Origin: Acidobacteriota bacterium
Lineage (GTDB): Bacteria > Acidobacteriota > UBA890 > WLXD01
NCBI GenBank assembly: GCA_965205505.1
Contig: CBDBHB010000006.1
Coordinates: forward strand, 416,001-480,000
Direction of reading: 5' to 3'
Length of the DNA stretch: 64,000 nucleotides
Shown here: positions 27,579 through 38,539 of the stretch, piece after piece
How positions within the stretch are numbered: the first letter of the stretch is position 1
Layout of the letters: each line of letters begins with the position of its first letter
Notes under the pieces: generated by a model
Databases searched by the model: none
Told to the model about the DNA's origin: nothing
Seen by the model: only the letters and a program-made list of their open reading frames with translations
Program-made: the position numbers and the translations under genes

Positions 27579-28166
27579 TCAGTCGCCGAGTCGGCTGTCG
27601 AGCCGCAACCAATGCGACGGTACGCCCAGGCGGCGCGCCTCCGCTCGCAGGGCACTTTCCAGGGCACGCCAGGCTCCTAGCTCCCGGCGATTCGCTGTCA
27701 GGCGGGCGGAGCCGTATCCGCTGCCTGCTCCGGGGCGGCTGCGTGTACGCTGCTGCCCAGCTTCCAGGCTCGAGATCTGCTCGCGCAGCCAAGCCATCTT
27801 CTCCTTCCAGTAAGCGCGGTCAGCCGGATCGAGATAGAAGCTCTCGGGCTGAGGCGCAGACGAGGCGATCGGGCTTCGTCGCTCGTGAACGCGCGTCGCG
27901 GGTCGCCGCGCCGGATTGCCATCAGCGGGTCGGGCGTTGATCGTGCGGGGCACAGACCCCGGAGAGCGACCGTCGTCGCGCCGGATCTGGCGCACGAGGT
28001 CGGCCGACATCGCCACCTCGACGCCGTAGGCTCGAAAAACCACCTTGCCGTTCTCGATGCGCGCATCCTCGACCTGCAGGACACGGCCGTTCGCAAGCCA
28101 GACCGTGTCGGCGGCGGCCGGTACGGTCACACTGGCGACGACCAGAACGAGGAGGAAGGTTCGCAT
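27579..28166 (-). CDS. Secreted hypothetical protein
   Basis: Signal peptide, DTVWLANGR, C-terminal EARRLGVPSHWLR. Confidence 0.65.
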   Translation of the reverse strand: MRTFLLVLVVASVTVPAAADTVWLANGRVLQVEDARIENGKVVFRAYGVEVAMSADLVRQIRRDDGRSPGSVPRTINARPADGNPARRPATRVHERRSPIASSAPQPESFYLDPADRAYWKEKMAWLREQISSLEAGQQRTRSRPGAGSGYGSARLTANRRELGAWRALESALRAEARRLGVPSHWLRLDSRLGD

Positions 28167-28304
28167 GCCGGCAACCTTGCACCGGCGGATGCCGCGCCGT
28201 CTAGTGTGCTGAGTCAGGAATCCGTTGCATATTGCTGGGCCGAGATGGGAGCAAGCTCAAGGCGCGATGAGGAAACGCCCGCCGCCCCCGGGTACACTCG
28301 TGGC

Positions 28305-29924
28305 ATGCGCTTGCACTACGTTCGCCACCTGCCTGCCGTGGGTCTCGGCAACATACGGCCCTGGGCGCTACGGTGTGGCTGGGAGATAACCGAGACGCGA
28401 CCCTACGCCGGGGAGAGCTTCCCTGGCCTCGACGGCATCGACCTGCTCATCGTGTTGGGTGGCCCGATGGGAGCCTGCGACGAGCACGAGCACGCCTGGC
28501 TACTGACGGAGCTCGACTTCGTGGAGCGTGCCATCGAAGCCGGCACGAACGTCCTGGGAATTTGTCTCGGCGGCCAGATAGTCGCCCGCGCTCTTGGGGC
28601 ACGGGTGGTGCGCCATCGCCATCCCGAGCTCGGATGGCACGTGATCGAGCCGACCGTCGAAGGCAGCATGGACGGGCGCCTAGCGCCCTTCTTTGCCCCC
28701 GAGCTGGCCGTGATGCAGTGGCACTTCGACACATTCGATCTGCCTCGCGGCGCCGTTCACCTGGCCCGGAACGAGGCGTGCGAGAACCAGGCCTTCAGCT
28801 GGGGCGCCAACGTTCTCGGGCTGCAATTTCACCCTGAGATGACGCTTCAAGTTGTCGCCGATGTCTTGAAGCGCTACAACCCGCTGCCGGACGGAGAGTT
28901 CGTGACGAGGGCCGACGAGATGCTCTACGCGGCACGCTTCGCCACCTTGGCGGCAGCCAACGGCAGTTTTCTCGATGGCATGACCGGGCGGGTACGTGGC
29001 GAAGGTGACGTGGCGTCGGCGCCAGCTCACGCCAGCGGAGCGGCACCTAGCGCGGACGTACATCTCGTCGACGGCACGTACGAGCTGTTCCGGCATTTCT
29101 ACGCCTTGCCGCGAAGCCAGGACGGCGCGGGCTTGGAGGTCGGCGCAGTTCGAGGCGTGCTGGCCTCCATGCTCGGATTGCTACGTGACGGCGCGACGCA
29201 CATCGGCGTGGCAACGGACCATGTGATCGAGTCGTTTCGCAACGAGATGTGGGATGGCTACAAGCGCGGGGATGGCATCGATCCCGAGCTACTGGGGCAA
29301 TTCGAACCGCTCGAGCAGGCATTGGAGGCAATGGGCATCGTGGTGTGGCCGATGCGCAAGTACGAGGCGGACGACGCGCTCGCTTCCGCCGCTGCGTGCC
29401 TCACATCCGACAGCTCAGTGCGCCGCGTGCTTATCTGTACGCCCGACAAGGACCTGGCGCAGTGTGTGGTCGACGATCGCGTGGTGCAGCTGGATCGTCG
29501 GGCGCGGACGGTGCGGGGCGTAGCCGGTGTGCTGGAGAAATTCGGTGTGCTACCGGGCTCGATCCCCGACTACTTGGCGCTGGTCGGCGATAGTGCCGAC
29601 GGTTATCCGGGGGTGCGACGCTGGGGCGCAAAATCCAGCTCGACGCTCCTGCATCAATATGTTTATCTCGAGGCGATCCCGCGTCAGGCCGAGGCCTGGA
29701 AGGTCCAGGTAAGAGGAGCCCACAAACTGGCCGCCACGCTCGCCGAGAGCTGGGACGACGTGCTCTTGTTTCGTGACCTGGCGACGCTGCGCACCGACGC
29801 GATCGTTGTATCGGCCGAGGCCCTGCGATGGGAGGGTCCGACGGACCGGTTCGCGGCGCTGGCTGACGATCTCAGGTCTCCGCAGCTCGCTGAACAAGCG
29901 GCGAAGCTGGCCGCCATTCGGTGA
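28305..29924 (+). CDS. Class I glutamine amidotransferase fused to 5'-3' exonuclease (FEN/Xni-like)
   Basis: GATase motifs GGPMG, GICLGGQ and QFHPE, then in frame VHLVDGTYELFR, EADD, TPDKD and LVGDSADGYPGV. Confidence 0.85.
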   Translation: MRLHYVRHLPAVGLGNIRPWALRCGWEITETRPYAGESFPGLDGIDLLIVLGGPMGACDEHEHAWLLTELDFVERAIEAGTNVLGICLGGQIVARALGARVVRHRHPELGWHVIEPTVEGSMDGRLAPFFAPELAVMQWHFDTFDLPRGAVHLARNEACENQAFSWGANVLGLQFHPEMTLQVVADVLKRYNPLPDGEFVTRADEMLYAARFATLAAANGSFLDGMTGRVRGEGDVASAPAHASGAAPSADVHLVDGTYELFRHFYALPRSQDGAGLEVGAVRGVLASMLGLLRDGATHIGVATDHVIESFRNEMWDGYKRGDGIDPELLGQFEPLEQALEAMGIVVWPMRKYEADDALASAAACLTSDSSVRRVLICTPDKDLAQCVVDDRVVQLDRRARTVRGVAGVLEKFGVLPGSIPDYLALVGDSADGYPGVRRWGAKSSSTLLHQYVYLEAIPRQAEAWKVQVRGAHKLAATLAESWDDVLLFRDLATLRTDAIVVSAEALRWEGPTDRFAALADDLRSPQLAEQAAKLAAIR

Positions 29925-30009
29925 TGCGCACTTCGGCGTTGTCGGAGTCGGTGATGTAGCCACGCCCGGGTCCTTCTGTCGCCGCGGCTGAGCCTGCCGG
30001 GATGTGAGC

Positions 30010-32541
30010 CTATTCGGTCGTCGGCCCGTACCCTGCGCCGAATTGTCCTTGCGCCGCCGCACGCGCGCCCTGCACCCATTCCTCGAGCCGAATCCTGCCG
30101 ATCAAGCGGGGCTCGCGCGCCTCGATCCACTCGACGTCGCTCTGGTTCCAATCCGCGATCTGGTTGTAGGTAAAGATCCCGGTGGCGTTGAGAAGCTCGG
30201 CCGTCTTCGAGCCGATTCCCTTGATGGCCGTCAGATCGTCTCCCGTAGGGGGCTCGACGCGGAGTAGGGTGCGCATCTGCCGTCCCTCGATCTCGCGCTC
30301 GTGGAGCTCGCGGAGTAGTCGCTCGCGCGTATCGTCGCTGCGAATCATCTGCGCCTCGAGCGTCTCGATCCTGGCGTTGCGACGCTCGATGCGCGTCTCC
30401 GCCACTTCTGCGTCGTCCTTGGCATGCTCGGTCTGGAGCAGGTGCTCCGCCAGCTCGGCCTCGCGGTCGCGGAGCATACCGGCAATACCGTCGCGCTCGA
30501 GCTGCCGCTCGCGCAACCGCCGCTCGTAGCTGACCTCCATTTCGGCCATGTCGGCCTGCATGGATTCCGCCAGCGCTTGGGTTCGAGCCTGGGCGGTCTC
30601 GGCGGCTTGCAGCTCCGAAATCCGCGTTCCCAACTGTGCTTGTGCGTCTAGTGCCTGGGCGCGCTCCTGATCGAGCGTCGAACGCAAGCCCGTCACCTCC
30701 TGGTCGAGTCGCCGCACGGTCTCACCGGACGTTCGGATCTCCTCCAGCTGCGCCTCGAGCGTACGGCGTAGACGGTCCATCTCCAGGTCGCGCTCACGAA
30801 GCGACCGCTCCGTCGCTGCCGTGTGCTCCTCGACCTCTGCCTGGAGTGATTCGATGCGCTCGCGATCGTTTTTTACTTGCTGGTCGCGCCTTGCCAACAT
30901 CTCGGTTTGCTGGGCGGTGCGCTGCTCGAGGCGCTCGATACTCGAGTCGCGCTCCGCGAGGATCGCTTCAGCCTCTTCGGTCTGACGCTGATTCTGCTCC
31001 GTGAGCTCGGCAAGGAGGCGATCAAGCTCGACGCGTCTCTCGCCGTTCCGGGCCATGCGCGCCTCGAGTGCCAGGAGCGAATCGTTGAGCTCCTCGATAT
31101 GGAGGACATGGGCGCGCCCCTGCTCCTGGGTGTCGAGCAGGCGGGTCCCGACCGCGTCGGCGCGCGCCTGCATTTCCTTCAACTGCTGGTCACGGCGTTC
31201 GATCTGCACGACGTAGTCAGCCTCGAGGGTCCGCGCCTCGTCACGTGCCGCGCGCAGGGCCTCGGCGCGCTCCTGGAAATCTCCGGTTAGGGCCGCCAAG
31301 CTGGCAGCGAGCTCGTCGTGCTCGGCGGTCAGGTTGTCGATCCGGGTGTTCGCCTGGCGCAACTCCTCGCCATCGCGGTCGATGCGTTCACCCGAGCTTT
31401 GGCGCTCATCGCGAAGCCGTTGGATCTCCTCGGTGCGCTCCTCCAGTCTCTGGCGGAGTTGCTGGACCTCATCGGCTGGCTCGCGCACCTGCTGCCCGTA
31501 GCGCCGCTCGAGCTCGTCCAGCTCACCCTGGAGACGGGAGACGCGCTCGCCGCCGCCGCTGATCTGATCCTCCATTGCTGCCAAGCGCTGGGTGGCTTCG
31601 TCGCGCTCGCTGGTCAGCTGGGCACGCTCTTCCTCGCTCTCCGCGAGCTCCTGGCGCACTTCGGCGAGCCAGATCTCGACTTCGGTGGTTGCCTGCGGAG
31701 CGGCTTCGAGCTCGGTGATCCGCGCGTCGCGCCAGCGGATCTCATCGTCGTGGCGAGTCTCCAGATCGACGATAGTAATGTGCGCCTCCTCTAGCTCGGT
31801 GACCGCCGCTCGAATGTCGCCATCTCTCGACAACAGGCCGATTTCTTGTGAGCCGTTTTCCGCCGCGAGTGTGGCCGTGTTTGCTTGCGCGGCCTCGAGC
31901 TCCTGTTGCAACCGAGCGGTTTCTTCGTCGCGCGCCGCCAGAGTCTGTAGCGCCTCGCGCAGCTGGCCGCCCTGGTTGTTGAGTTGACCACCCAGCCTCT
32001 CGAGGTCGAGACGCAGCGCGCCAACATCCACACCATCAGCGTTTGCAGCGCTCGCCGACGATTCGGCCACTTGACGGCGCAGAGCCTCGAGCTCTCGGGT
32101 GACCTCTTGCAGACGACCGGCATGTGCCTCGCAATCGCTCATGGTGATGTCGAGCGCAGTCTGTCGATCGATGAGTTGATGCTCGAGCGCGCTGTTCTCG
32201 CTGCGCAGCGCCTCGATCTCGTCTCGTGTCGCATGCAGTCGGGCTTGGCTCTCGGCCAGCACTTCTTCGCGGCGCTTGAGCTCCGCCGCGGCGGTGCTCG
32301 CGGACTCGTCGGCAGCATCACGTTCGAGCTCTCCACGCTCGAGCTGAGCGCGCAACGCGTCGCGATCCGACTCGGTCTCCAATAGCTTGCCGTTCAGCTC
32401 ATCACGCTCACGTTGCACGCGGCGCAGCAGTGCGGTGGATGTGCTCGAGGCGGTGCGCTTCCCGGTAGCCGAACCGATCAGGTAGCCGATCGCGGCTACT
32501 AGCAAGAGGCTGATGACGACCGTGAGAGCGGGAGGGAGCAT
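30010..32541 (-). CDS. Membrane-anchored long coiled-coil protein with C-terminal helix-hairpin-helix domain
   Basis: N-terminal TM, ~700 aa of E/R/Q/L heptads, then DDLTAIKGIG..LNATGIFTYNQIADW. Confidence 0.8.
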   Translation of the reverse strand: MLPPALTVVISLLLVAAIGYLIGSATGKRTASSTSTALLRRVQRERDELNGKLLETESDRDALRAQLERGELERDAADESASTAAAELKRREEVLAESQARLHATRDEIEALRSENSALEHQLIDRQTALDITMSDCEAHAGRLQEVTRELEALRRQVAESSASAANADGVDVGALRLDLERLGGQLNNQGGQLREALQTLAARDEETARLQQELEAAQANTATLAAENGSQEIGLLSRDGDIRAAVTELEEAHITIVDLETRHDDEIRWRDARITELEAAPQATTEVEIWLAEVRQELAESEEERAQLTSERDEATQRLAAMEDQISGGGERVSRLQGELDELERRYGQQVREPADEVQQLRQRLEERTEEIQRLRDERQSSGERIDRDGEELRQANTRIDNLTAEHDELAASLAALTGDFQERAEALRAARDEARTLEADYVVQIERRDQQLKEMQARADAVGTRLLDTQEQGRAHVLHIEELNDSLLALEARMARNGERRVELDRLLAELTEQNQRQTEEAEAILAERDSSIERLEQRTAQQTEMLARRDQQVKNDRERIESLQAEVEEHTAATERSLRERDLEMDRLRRTLEAQLEEIRTSGETVRRLDQEVTGLRSTLDQERAQALDAQAQLGTRISELQAAETAQARTQALAESMQADMAEMEVSYERRLRERQLERDGIAGMLRDREAELAEHLLQTEHAKDDAEVAETRIERRNARIETLEAQMIRSDDTRERLLRELHEREIEGRQMRTLLRVEPPTGDDLTAIKGIGSKTAELLNATGIFTYNQIADWNQSDVEWIEAREPRLIGRIRLEEWVQGARAAAQGQFGAGYGPTTE

Positions 32542-32966
32542 CCGGTTACTTCCAGTTGCGGTTGTGAGAATGGCCACGCGCCCGAAAGCGAGGTGCGCTC
32601 AGCGGTTGAGTATTACCAACAGATCCGCCACCGTCGATGCGCGGTCGTCAAGCCGGGCGTCGAATCCGGCCATCACGAGACAACCGCGTCGCCTGGTCGC
32701 CGGGACGATGCGCCGACGCACGCTGTTCGGTCCCAACGACACCCGAGCCAATCACGTGCAGGCACTTTCTGATTTTCGCGGCGGCTCGCAGCCGCGCTGG
32801 GTGGCGTCGCGAGGCGACACTAGTGGCCTACGCAAGCCTGTTCATCGCTGAGCGCACCGCGCCGGTGGACGTTGCCCTCGGTTCGCGCTATTCATGAGCT
32901 GCAGCCCAGTGTGGACAGCCAAGGCCTCGGAGGCGACTGCGGCGACCATCGGCGGGGGCGCCGGCG

Positions 32967-34028
32967 TCAGTAGTGGGCACCGGCGCCGCCCGGTCTGGCT
33001 CCGAGTAGCGGCATGACGGCCAGCCCCAGCAGCAACGGCAAGTAGAAGCTGAAGAATCGCCAGCCAGCGGTGACGATTCCGAGGATTCCCTCCGCCACGA
33101 AGCCGTCAATCACAGCACCAAAAGAAGCCTCGGCACCGAGTGCCGCGCCCGGCGTGGGTACGAACACCATCATCATGAACACTACCCACTGCAACAAAAA
33201 GAACAACACCGGGTCGACCCGGGTTCCGAGTCCGTAGAGCACTGCCGTGGCCACCGAGCAGCGGGTCACCCAGAGGCCGGTGGTCAGTACGACCGCGACC
33301 AGGAACCGGGTCTTGCCGAACTTGCCAACTAGCTCGTAGGCCGACACGAATTCGTCACGCACGCGCGCCAGGGCACCGCGAAAGCCGACCGTGTCGGCCG
33401 CTGGATTCCGGACACGAAGCCAACGCACGAAAAGGAGCAGTCCGACGACCGCGATAACCCCAACGATCCACGGCGTGGCCGAGACTGCTTTGTCAGCCAC
33501 CCTACCTAGTACTACTTGAACCTCGGGCAGGGCCCAGCGGGAGGTCGCGAAGGCGATCGCGGGAGCCACGCCGACGAAGAACACGATGTCGACGAGGTTG
33601 TCCAACATCAACATCGAGGCTGCGGTGCCGGTTCGTACCCCGCTATCGACGAGTAAGCCGACCTTGACGGGGGCGCCGCCGATCGCCTTGGGGCTGATCG
33701 ACGATCCCAGCTCGGTACCAACGCCCACCCGCAGCGCGTTGCGAGCGGTAATGGGCGAGCCAAAGAACCTCGCCCACATCCACGCTCGCGCGGCCGTAAA
33801 GAACCAAGGCGCGACTCCCAGGGCGATAGCAGCACCCAGCCATATCGGTGCTACGGAGCGCAGAGTTCCTGCTGCTCCGACGCGTATCGATTGCCAGGCC
33901 AGCGCGAGGTTGACGGCGGCACCGACGAGGATGATACCTATCCCCCACCTAGCAATCGTTGCGAACAGCTTGGACCGCGAAGGGCTCGACAATGCGCTCT
34001 CTGAAGGCGGCATGATGGCGCCGAGCAT
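32967..34028 (-). CDS. Lysylphosphatidylglycerol synthase-TM (UPF0104) flippase-like protein
   Basis: Multi-TM; SP..IGG, PTPGAALGAE and WRFFSFY motifs. Confidence 0.8.
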   Translation of the reverse strand: MLGAIMPPSESALSSPSRSKLFATIARWGIGIILVGAAVNLALAWQSIRVGAAGTLRSVAPIWLGAAIALGVAPWFFTAARAWMWARFFGSPITARNALRVGVGTELGSSISPKAIGGAPVKVGLLVDSGVRTGTAASMLMLDNLVDIVFFVGVAPAIAFATSRWALPEVQVVLGRVADKAVSATPWIVGVIAVVGLLLFVRWLRVRNPAADTVGFRGALARVRDEFVSAYELVGKFGKTRFLVAVVLTTGLWVTRCSVATAVLYGLGTRVDPVLFFLLQWVVFMMMVFVPTPGAALGAEASFGAVIDGFVAEGILGIVTAGWRFFSFYLPLLLGLAVMPLLGARPGGAGAHY

Positions 34029-34037
34029 CGTCGGCAG

Positions 34038-34682
34038 CTATCTCCAGGTGCTCGTATGCGGGTAGAAGCTCCGCCAGCCCTGCTCGTAGGCGAGCACCGA
34101 CATCAGCAACTCGCCGGCGTCGTTCTCGGCCCAAGCCGTTAGTCCTTCGGCGTCGAAGTGGATGGTTATCGCAGTTCCGCCGCCGCTCATTCGTACCGGC
34201 GTGTCGGCGCGGGCGAGCTCGGGGAAGGGAAAGAACCAAGCCTCGTTGCCGATGGCCAGACCGAGCCCGAGCGCCGAGGTGTCGTGGCCGCCGCCCGGCG
34301 ATCGTCGCTCGCCGGGCACGACGTCGTTGAGCACCTCGTAGAGTGCCAGATAGCGGATCGGATAGGCTATCGGCTGGCCGTCGACTACCAGTCCGAGGAC
34401 GAGCTCATCATCGGCGAGATCAGCGGCCGCGGCGGCTACCGAGGGCGGGTCGACCGGCGATTCGTGCACTCGCATGTCGATCTCCTCGGGCGGAGCACCC
34501 GGGCGCGGCTGCACGTGAGCACGCACGGTGCGCTGCCGGCTCTGACCATCGCCATCGGCGTATTGCTCCAAGTACTCGATAGCCGGCGCCTTTAGCGCGG
34601 CGCCCACTTCGGTGATCTCGGCTTGCGCCGGCGGTACGGGCGAAAGCGCCAGTGCGACGATGCCAATGACGAATGCGAACAT
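34038..34682 (-). CDS. DUF3179-like exported protein, apparently internally deleted
   Basis: LADDELVLGLVVDG..AYPIRYL..EVLNDVV and terminal WRSFYPHT are present; the central Cys segment is absent. Confidence 0.6.
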   Translation of the reverse strand: MFAFVIGIVALALSPVPPAQAEITEVGAALKAPAIEYLEQYADGDGQSRQRTVRAHVQPRPGAPPEEIDMRVHESPVDPPSVAAAAADLADDELVLGLVVDGQPIAYPIRYLALYEVLNDVVPGERRSPGGGHDTSALGLGLAIGNEAWFFPFPELARADTPVRMSGGGTAITIHFDAEGLTAWAENDAGELLMSVLAYEQGWRSFYPHTSTWR

Positions 34683-34783
34683 CTGATGTCGACCTCACTC
34701 CTGGATGTTGACGTTGCCACCATGCTGCCCCATCGTTGCCCCGGCGGCCACTATGCCGCCGCTGACCCAGACAAGGAGCGGGC

Positions 34784-36431
34784 GTGGGTTCCACGTACAA
34801 GGCAGACGCGGTCATCGTGGGCGGTGGGCTCGCTGGATTGACCGCCGCCCTCGAGCTCCTCGAGACCGGACGCAGCGTTGTACTGCTCGAACGCGGGTCT
34901 GAGAAGAAGCTCGGCGGGCTGGCGAGAATCTCGTTCGGCGGTGTTTTTATCGTCGGATCGCCGGAGCAGCGGCGCGCCGGCATCCGCGACAGCGTCGACC
35001 TGGCGCTGCGCGATTGGTTGAGCTTCGGCGAGCATGGAGCCGAGGACGTGTGGCCGCGCCGCTGGGCCGAAGCATACGTTTCGGGGTGTCGGGAGCAGGT
35101 ATACGACTGGCTGCGCGGTCACGGCGTGAAGTTCTTCCCGGTGGTGCACTGGGTCGAGCGAGGACTTCATGGCGGCGGCAACACGCTGCCGCGGTTTCAC
35201 ATCGTCTGGGGTACCGGCGAGAGATTGGTGCTCGCTTTACTCGAGCGACTCGAGAGTCATCCTCACCGCGACCGTTTGTTGCTACTGCATGGTCATCGCG
35301 TCACCGATCTGGAGAGCGTCAACGGTGCGTTCGTGGGCTGCTCCGGCGTTGTCGAGTCGGAAGATGCCGACGGCGACCGACTCGCCGGCAGGCAGGCGGC
35401 CGGTGAGTTTGCCGCCGCAGGCGATTGCCTGGTGATCGCCGCCGGTGGGATCTGCGGCAACCTGGCCCTGGTTCGACAACACTGGCATGCTGATTGGGGG
35501 ACACCTCCGGAGACGCTGTTGAATGGCTCGCATCCCGCCGCGGACGGGCACCTTCACGGCGTTGCCGCGCGACTCGGTGCCAACATCACGCACCTCGACA
35601 AGATGTGGAACTACGCTGCCGGCGTGCATCACTGGCGGCCGCACCACGAGCACCACGGAATGTCCCTCGTGCCACCCATGTCGGCTTTGTGGCTCAACTG
35701 GCGTGGTGAGCGGTTGGGCCCCCCGGCCATGATGGGGGGCTACGACACGCGCTATCTCGTGCAGATGGTTTGCGGCCAGGAACGCCAGTACTCGTGGCAG
35801 GTATTCAACTGGCGCATCGCCATGAAGGAGCTTGCGGTTTCCGGCGCGGAGTTCAATCATGCGGGTCCGCGAGCGCAAGCTGTTGCAGTTCCTGCTCACC
35901 ACTCTCCGAGGCGACGCGGTACTTGTGCGCGAGCTCGTCGAGCATTGTGAAGACTTCGTGACTGCCGACTCATTGCCGGAGCTGGCCGAGAAGATGAACA
36001 GCCTGACCGGTAGCGATGACGTTGATTCGCAGACGCTTGCGAATGTGGTCGGACGCTACGATGAGGCGATCAGGCGTGGTGGCAAGCTGAGCAACGACGA
36101 TCAGATCCTGCGGCTGCATCACGTTCGTCGCTACCGGGGCGACCGGGCGCGAACCTGCAGGCCGCGTCCGATCGACGATCCGCGAGCTCGTCCGCTCATC
36201 GCCGTCCGCGAGTTTGTCATCACACGCAAGAGCCTCGGCGGCCTGCAAACCGACCTGCAGTCCCGTGTCCTCGACCACGCCGGGGAGCCGTTGCCGGGTC
36301 TGTACGCGGTCGGGGAGGCGGCGGGATTCGGAGGTGGCGGTATTCACGGCTTGCGTTCGCTGGAGGGCACCTGCTTGGGTGGCTGTGTCTTCACCGGTCG
36401 CGCTGCGGCGCGAGCCATCGTCAAGGGCTAG
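34784..36431 (+). pseudogene. FAD-binding dehydrogenase (KsdD-like), frameshifted near 35864
   Basis: GGGLAG, PRFHIVWGTG and AAGGICGN in the first frame; RKSLGG and GLYAVGE..GFGGGG in the second. One extra G in GCGGGTC. Confidence 0.85.
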
Positions 36432-37561
36432 CAGCCCGCCGCGACCCGGCGACGCCTGCCGGCCACCGCCTGTCCCAAGATCTCGATAGTGTGTTGCTGT
36501 TGCGCCTCGGTGATTCCCGCGAACATCGGCAACGACAGGATCTCGTTGGCTGCCTGCTCGGCGACGGGGAATGATCCCGGCCCCTTCCGCAGGTCGGCAT
36601 AGGCACCCTGTAGATGGATCGGAATCGGATAGTGAATCCCGGCACCGATCCCTCTCGCATTGAGGTACTGCAGAACTCGGTCCCGTTCGGCTACCCGCAC
36701 GACGTACAGATGCCAGACAGGCTCGTTCCCCTCGAGCACGCTCGGTCGCGACACCTCGGGTATGTCTACGAGGAGCTCATCGTAGAGCTCTGCGGCCTCG
36801 CGACGATGTTGATTCCCCGTCGCCAAGTGCCGGAGCTTGGCCAACAGTACGACCGACTGCAGGGTGTCGAGGCGGGAGTTGAAGCCCATCTCCGGATGAT
36901 GGTACTTGCGATCGCTCCCCCAGTTCCGCAATCGTCGGACAGCATTGTGCACATCCGCGTCGTGGGTGATCACCGCACCCGCGTCGCCGTATGCTCCGAG
37001 GTTCTTGCCCGGATAGAAGCTGAACCCCGCTGCCAGCCCGAAGCTACCTGCCGTCTTTCCGTGGCGGCGGGCGCCGTGCGCCTGCGCGGCGTCCTCGATC
37101 ACCACAAGATCGTGGCGGACAGCGCACTCTAGCAGCTGTTCCATCGGCGCGAGCTGACCGTACAGGTGCACCGGGATGATCGCGCGTGTGCGCGACCCCA
37201 CGGCTTCCTCTGCTCGTTGGATGTCGATCAGATGATGCTCGGGGTCACAGTCAACCAGCACCGGGACTGCGCCGGTACGGCTGACCGCGAGCGCGGTGGC
37301 GATGAACGTATTCGCCGGCAGGATCACCTCGTCACCGGCGCCGACGCCGAGGGCGCGCAGGGCCATCTCCAGCGCGTCGGTGCCGCTGCCGACCCCCACA
37401 CAGTGGGGCGCCTCCTGGAATCGAGCAAACTCGGCCTCGAACTCCCCGACCTGGGGTCCGAGGATGAAGGCGGTGTCGGCCATCACCTGACTCAGCCCCG
37501 CAGAAACTTCATCGGCGATCAACGCGTGCTGCAGCTTCAGGTCAACGAGCGGGATCTTCAT
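36428..37561 (-). CDS. DegT/DnrJ/EryC1/StrS sugar aminotransferase
   Basis: SGTDAL, EDAAQAHGA and SFYPGKNLGAYGDAG motifs. Confidence 0.95.
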   Translation of the reverse strand: MKIPLVDLKLQHALIADEVSAGLSQVMADTAFILGPQVGEFEAEFARFQEAPHCVGVGSGTDALEMALRALGVGAGDEVILPANTFIATALAVSRTGAVPVLVDCDPEHHLIDIQRAEEAVGSRTRAIIPVHLYGQLAPMEQLLECAVRHDLVVIEDAAQAHGARRHGKTAGSFGLAAGFSFYPGKNLGAYGDAGAVITHDADVHNAVRRLRNWGSDRKYHHPEMGFNSRLDTLQSVVLLAKLRHLATGNQHRREAAELYDELLVDIPEVSRPSVLEGNEPVWHLYVVRVAERDRVLQYLNARGIGAGIHYPIPIHLQGAYADLRKGPGSFPVAEQAANEILSLPMFAGITEAQQQHTIEILGQAVAGRRRRVAAGC

Positions 37562-37562
37562 G

Positions 37563-38539
37563 TCACACGTGCATCTCGGCGCCGCCGCCCGCGATCGATC
37601 GATCGATTGCTTCCAGAGTACGCACTACCGCGAGCCCTTCCGCCCCGGCAGACAGCGGGCGACTCCTCTCCTGGACGCACTCCAGAAAGTGATTCACTTC
37701 GACCTTGAGCGGTTCGGTCATCTGTACCCGTGGGATCACGATGTCGCCCTCGCGGACGCTCATCCGGAAGCTGGCGAAGGTATCCACGAACGGCACGTCG
37801 ATGCGCTCGTTGCGTACCTTCTTGTCGTAGATGCGTAGCGGCTCCGACAGATTTCCGTCATCAAAAGTCAGCATGCGACGCTCGCCCACGACGGTGATGG
37901 CACGTGACTTGCGCGGGTTCAGCCACGAAGCGTGCAGGTGAACGAGGACGTCGGCGGGGTAGCGCAGGGTCGCAAACACCGCGTCCTCGATTCCCGGGCC
38001 CCGCCCACTGCCGAGGCGGTCACCGGGTTGCCGTTGAGCCAGTAGTTGGCGAGCGATACATCATGGGCGGCCAAGTCCCAGGCAGCGTTGACGTCGGCCC
38101 GTATCGGTCCCAGGTTCGTACGCTCCATTGAGATGTAGTACACGCGCCCGAGCTCACCTTTGCCGATGTACTCCTTCGCCCGACGAGCCGCAGCGTTGTA
38201 GACGAAGATGTGACCCACCATGAGCACGAGATCTGTGCGCTGCGCTAGCTCACAGAGCGCCTCGGCATGCTCGGCGCTATCGGCGAGCGGCTTTTCGACC
38301 AGCACGTGCTTTCCGGCTTCGAGAGCAACGGTAGCAAGCTCGTGGTGGGTGCTGGTAGGAGTAGCCACGACGACCGCATCGCCCGTAGTCTGCACCCCGG
38401 GAAAGCGGGCTGCCACCGTCGCGAGGCGATCGGGATTGGTATCGGCCACCCACGCAACCCACGCGTCGGGTTGCGTGTAGAGATTGTTGATGAGGTTTGG
38501 GCCCCAGTGACCGGCGCCCACCACCGCGACTCGTATCAC
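37563..38539 (-). pseudogene. Gfo/Idh/MocA NDP-sugar dehydrogenase, frameshifted near 37995
   Basis: VVGAGHWGPNL, HVLVEKPL and WDLAAHD in one frame, continuing in another frame as PGIEDAVFATLRY..SWLNPRK. Confidence 0.8.

Noticed and set aside
30010-32541. SMC/SbcC ATPase
   Set aside because: No Walker A/B or signature motif, and it has an N-terminal TM helix
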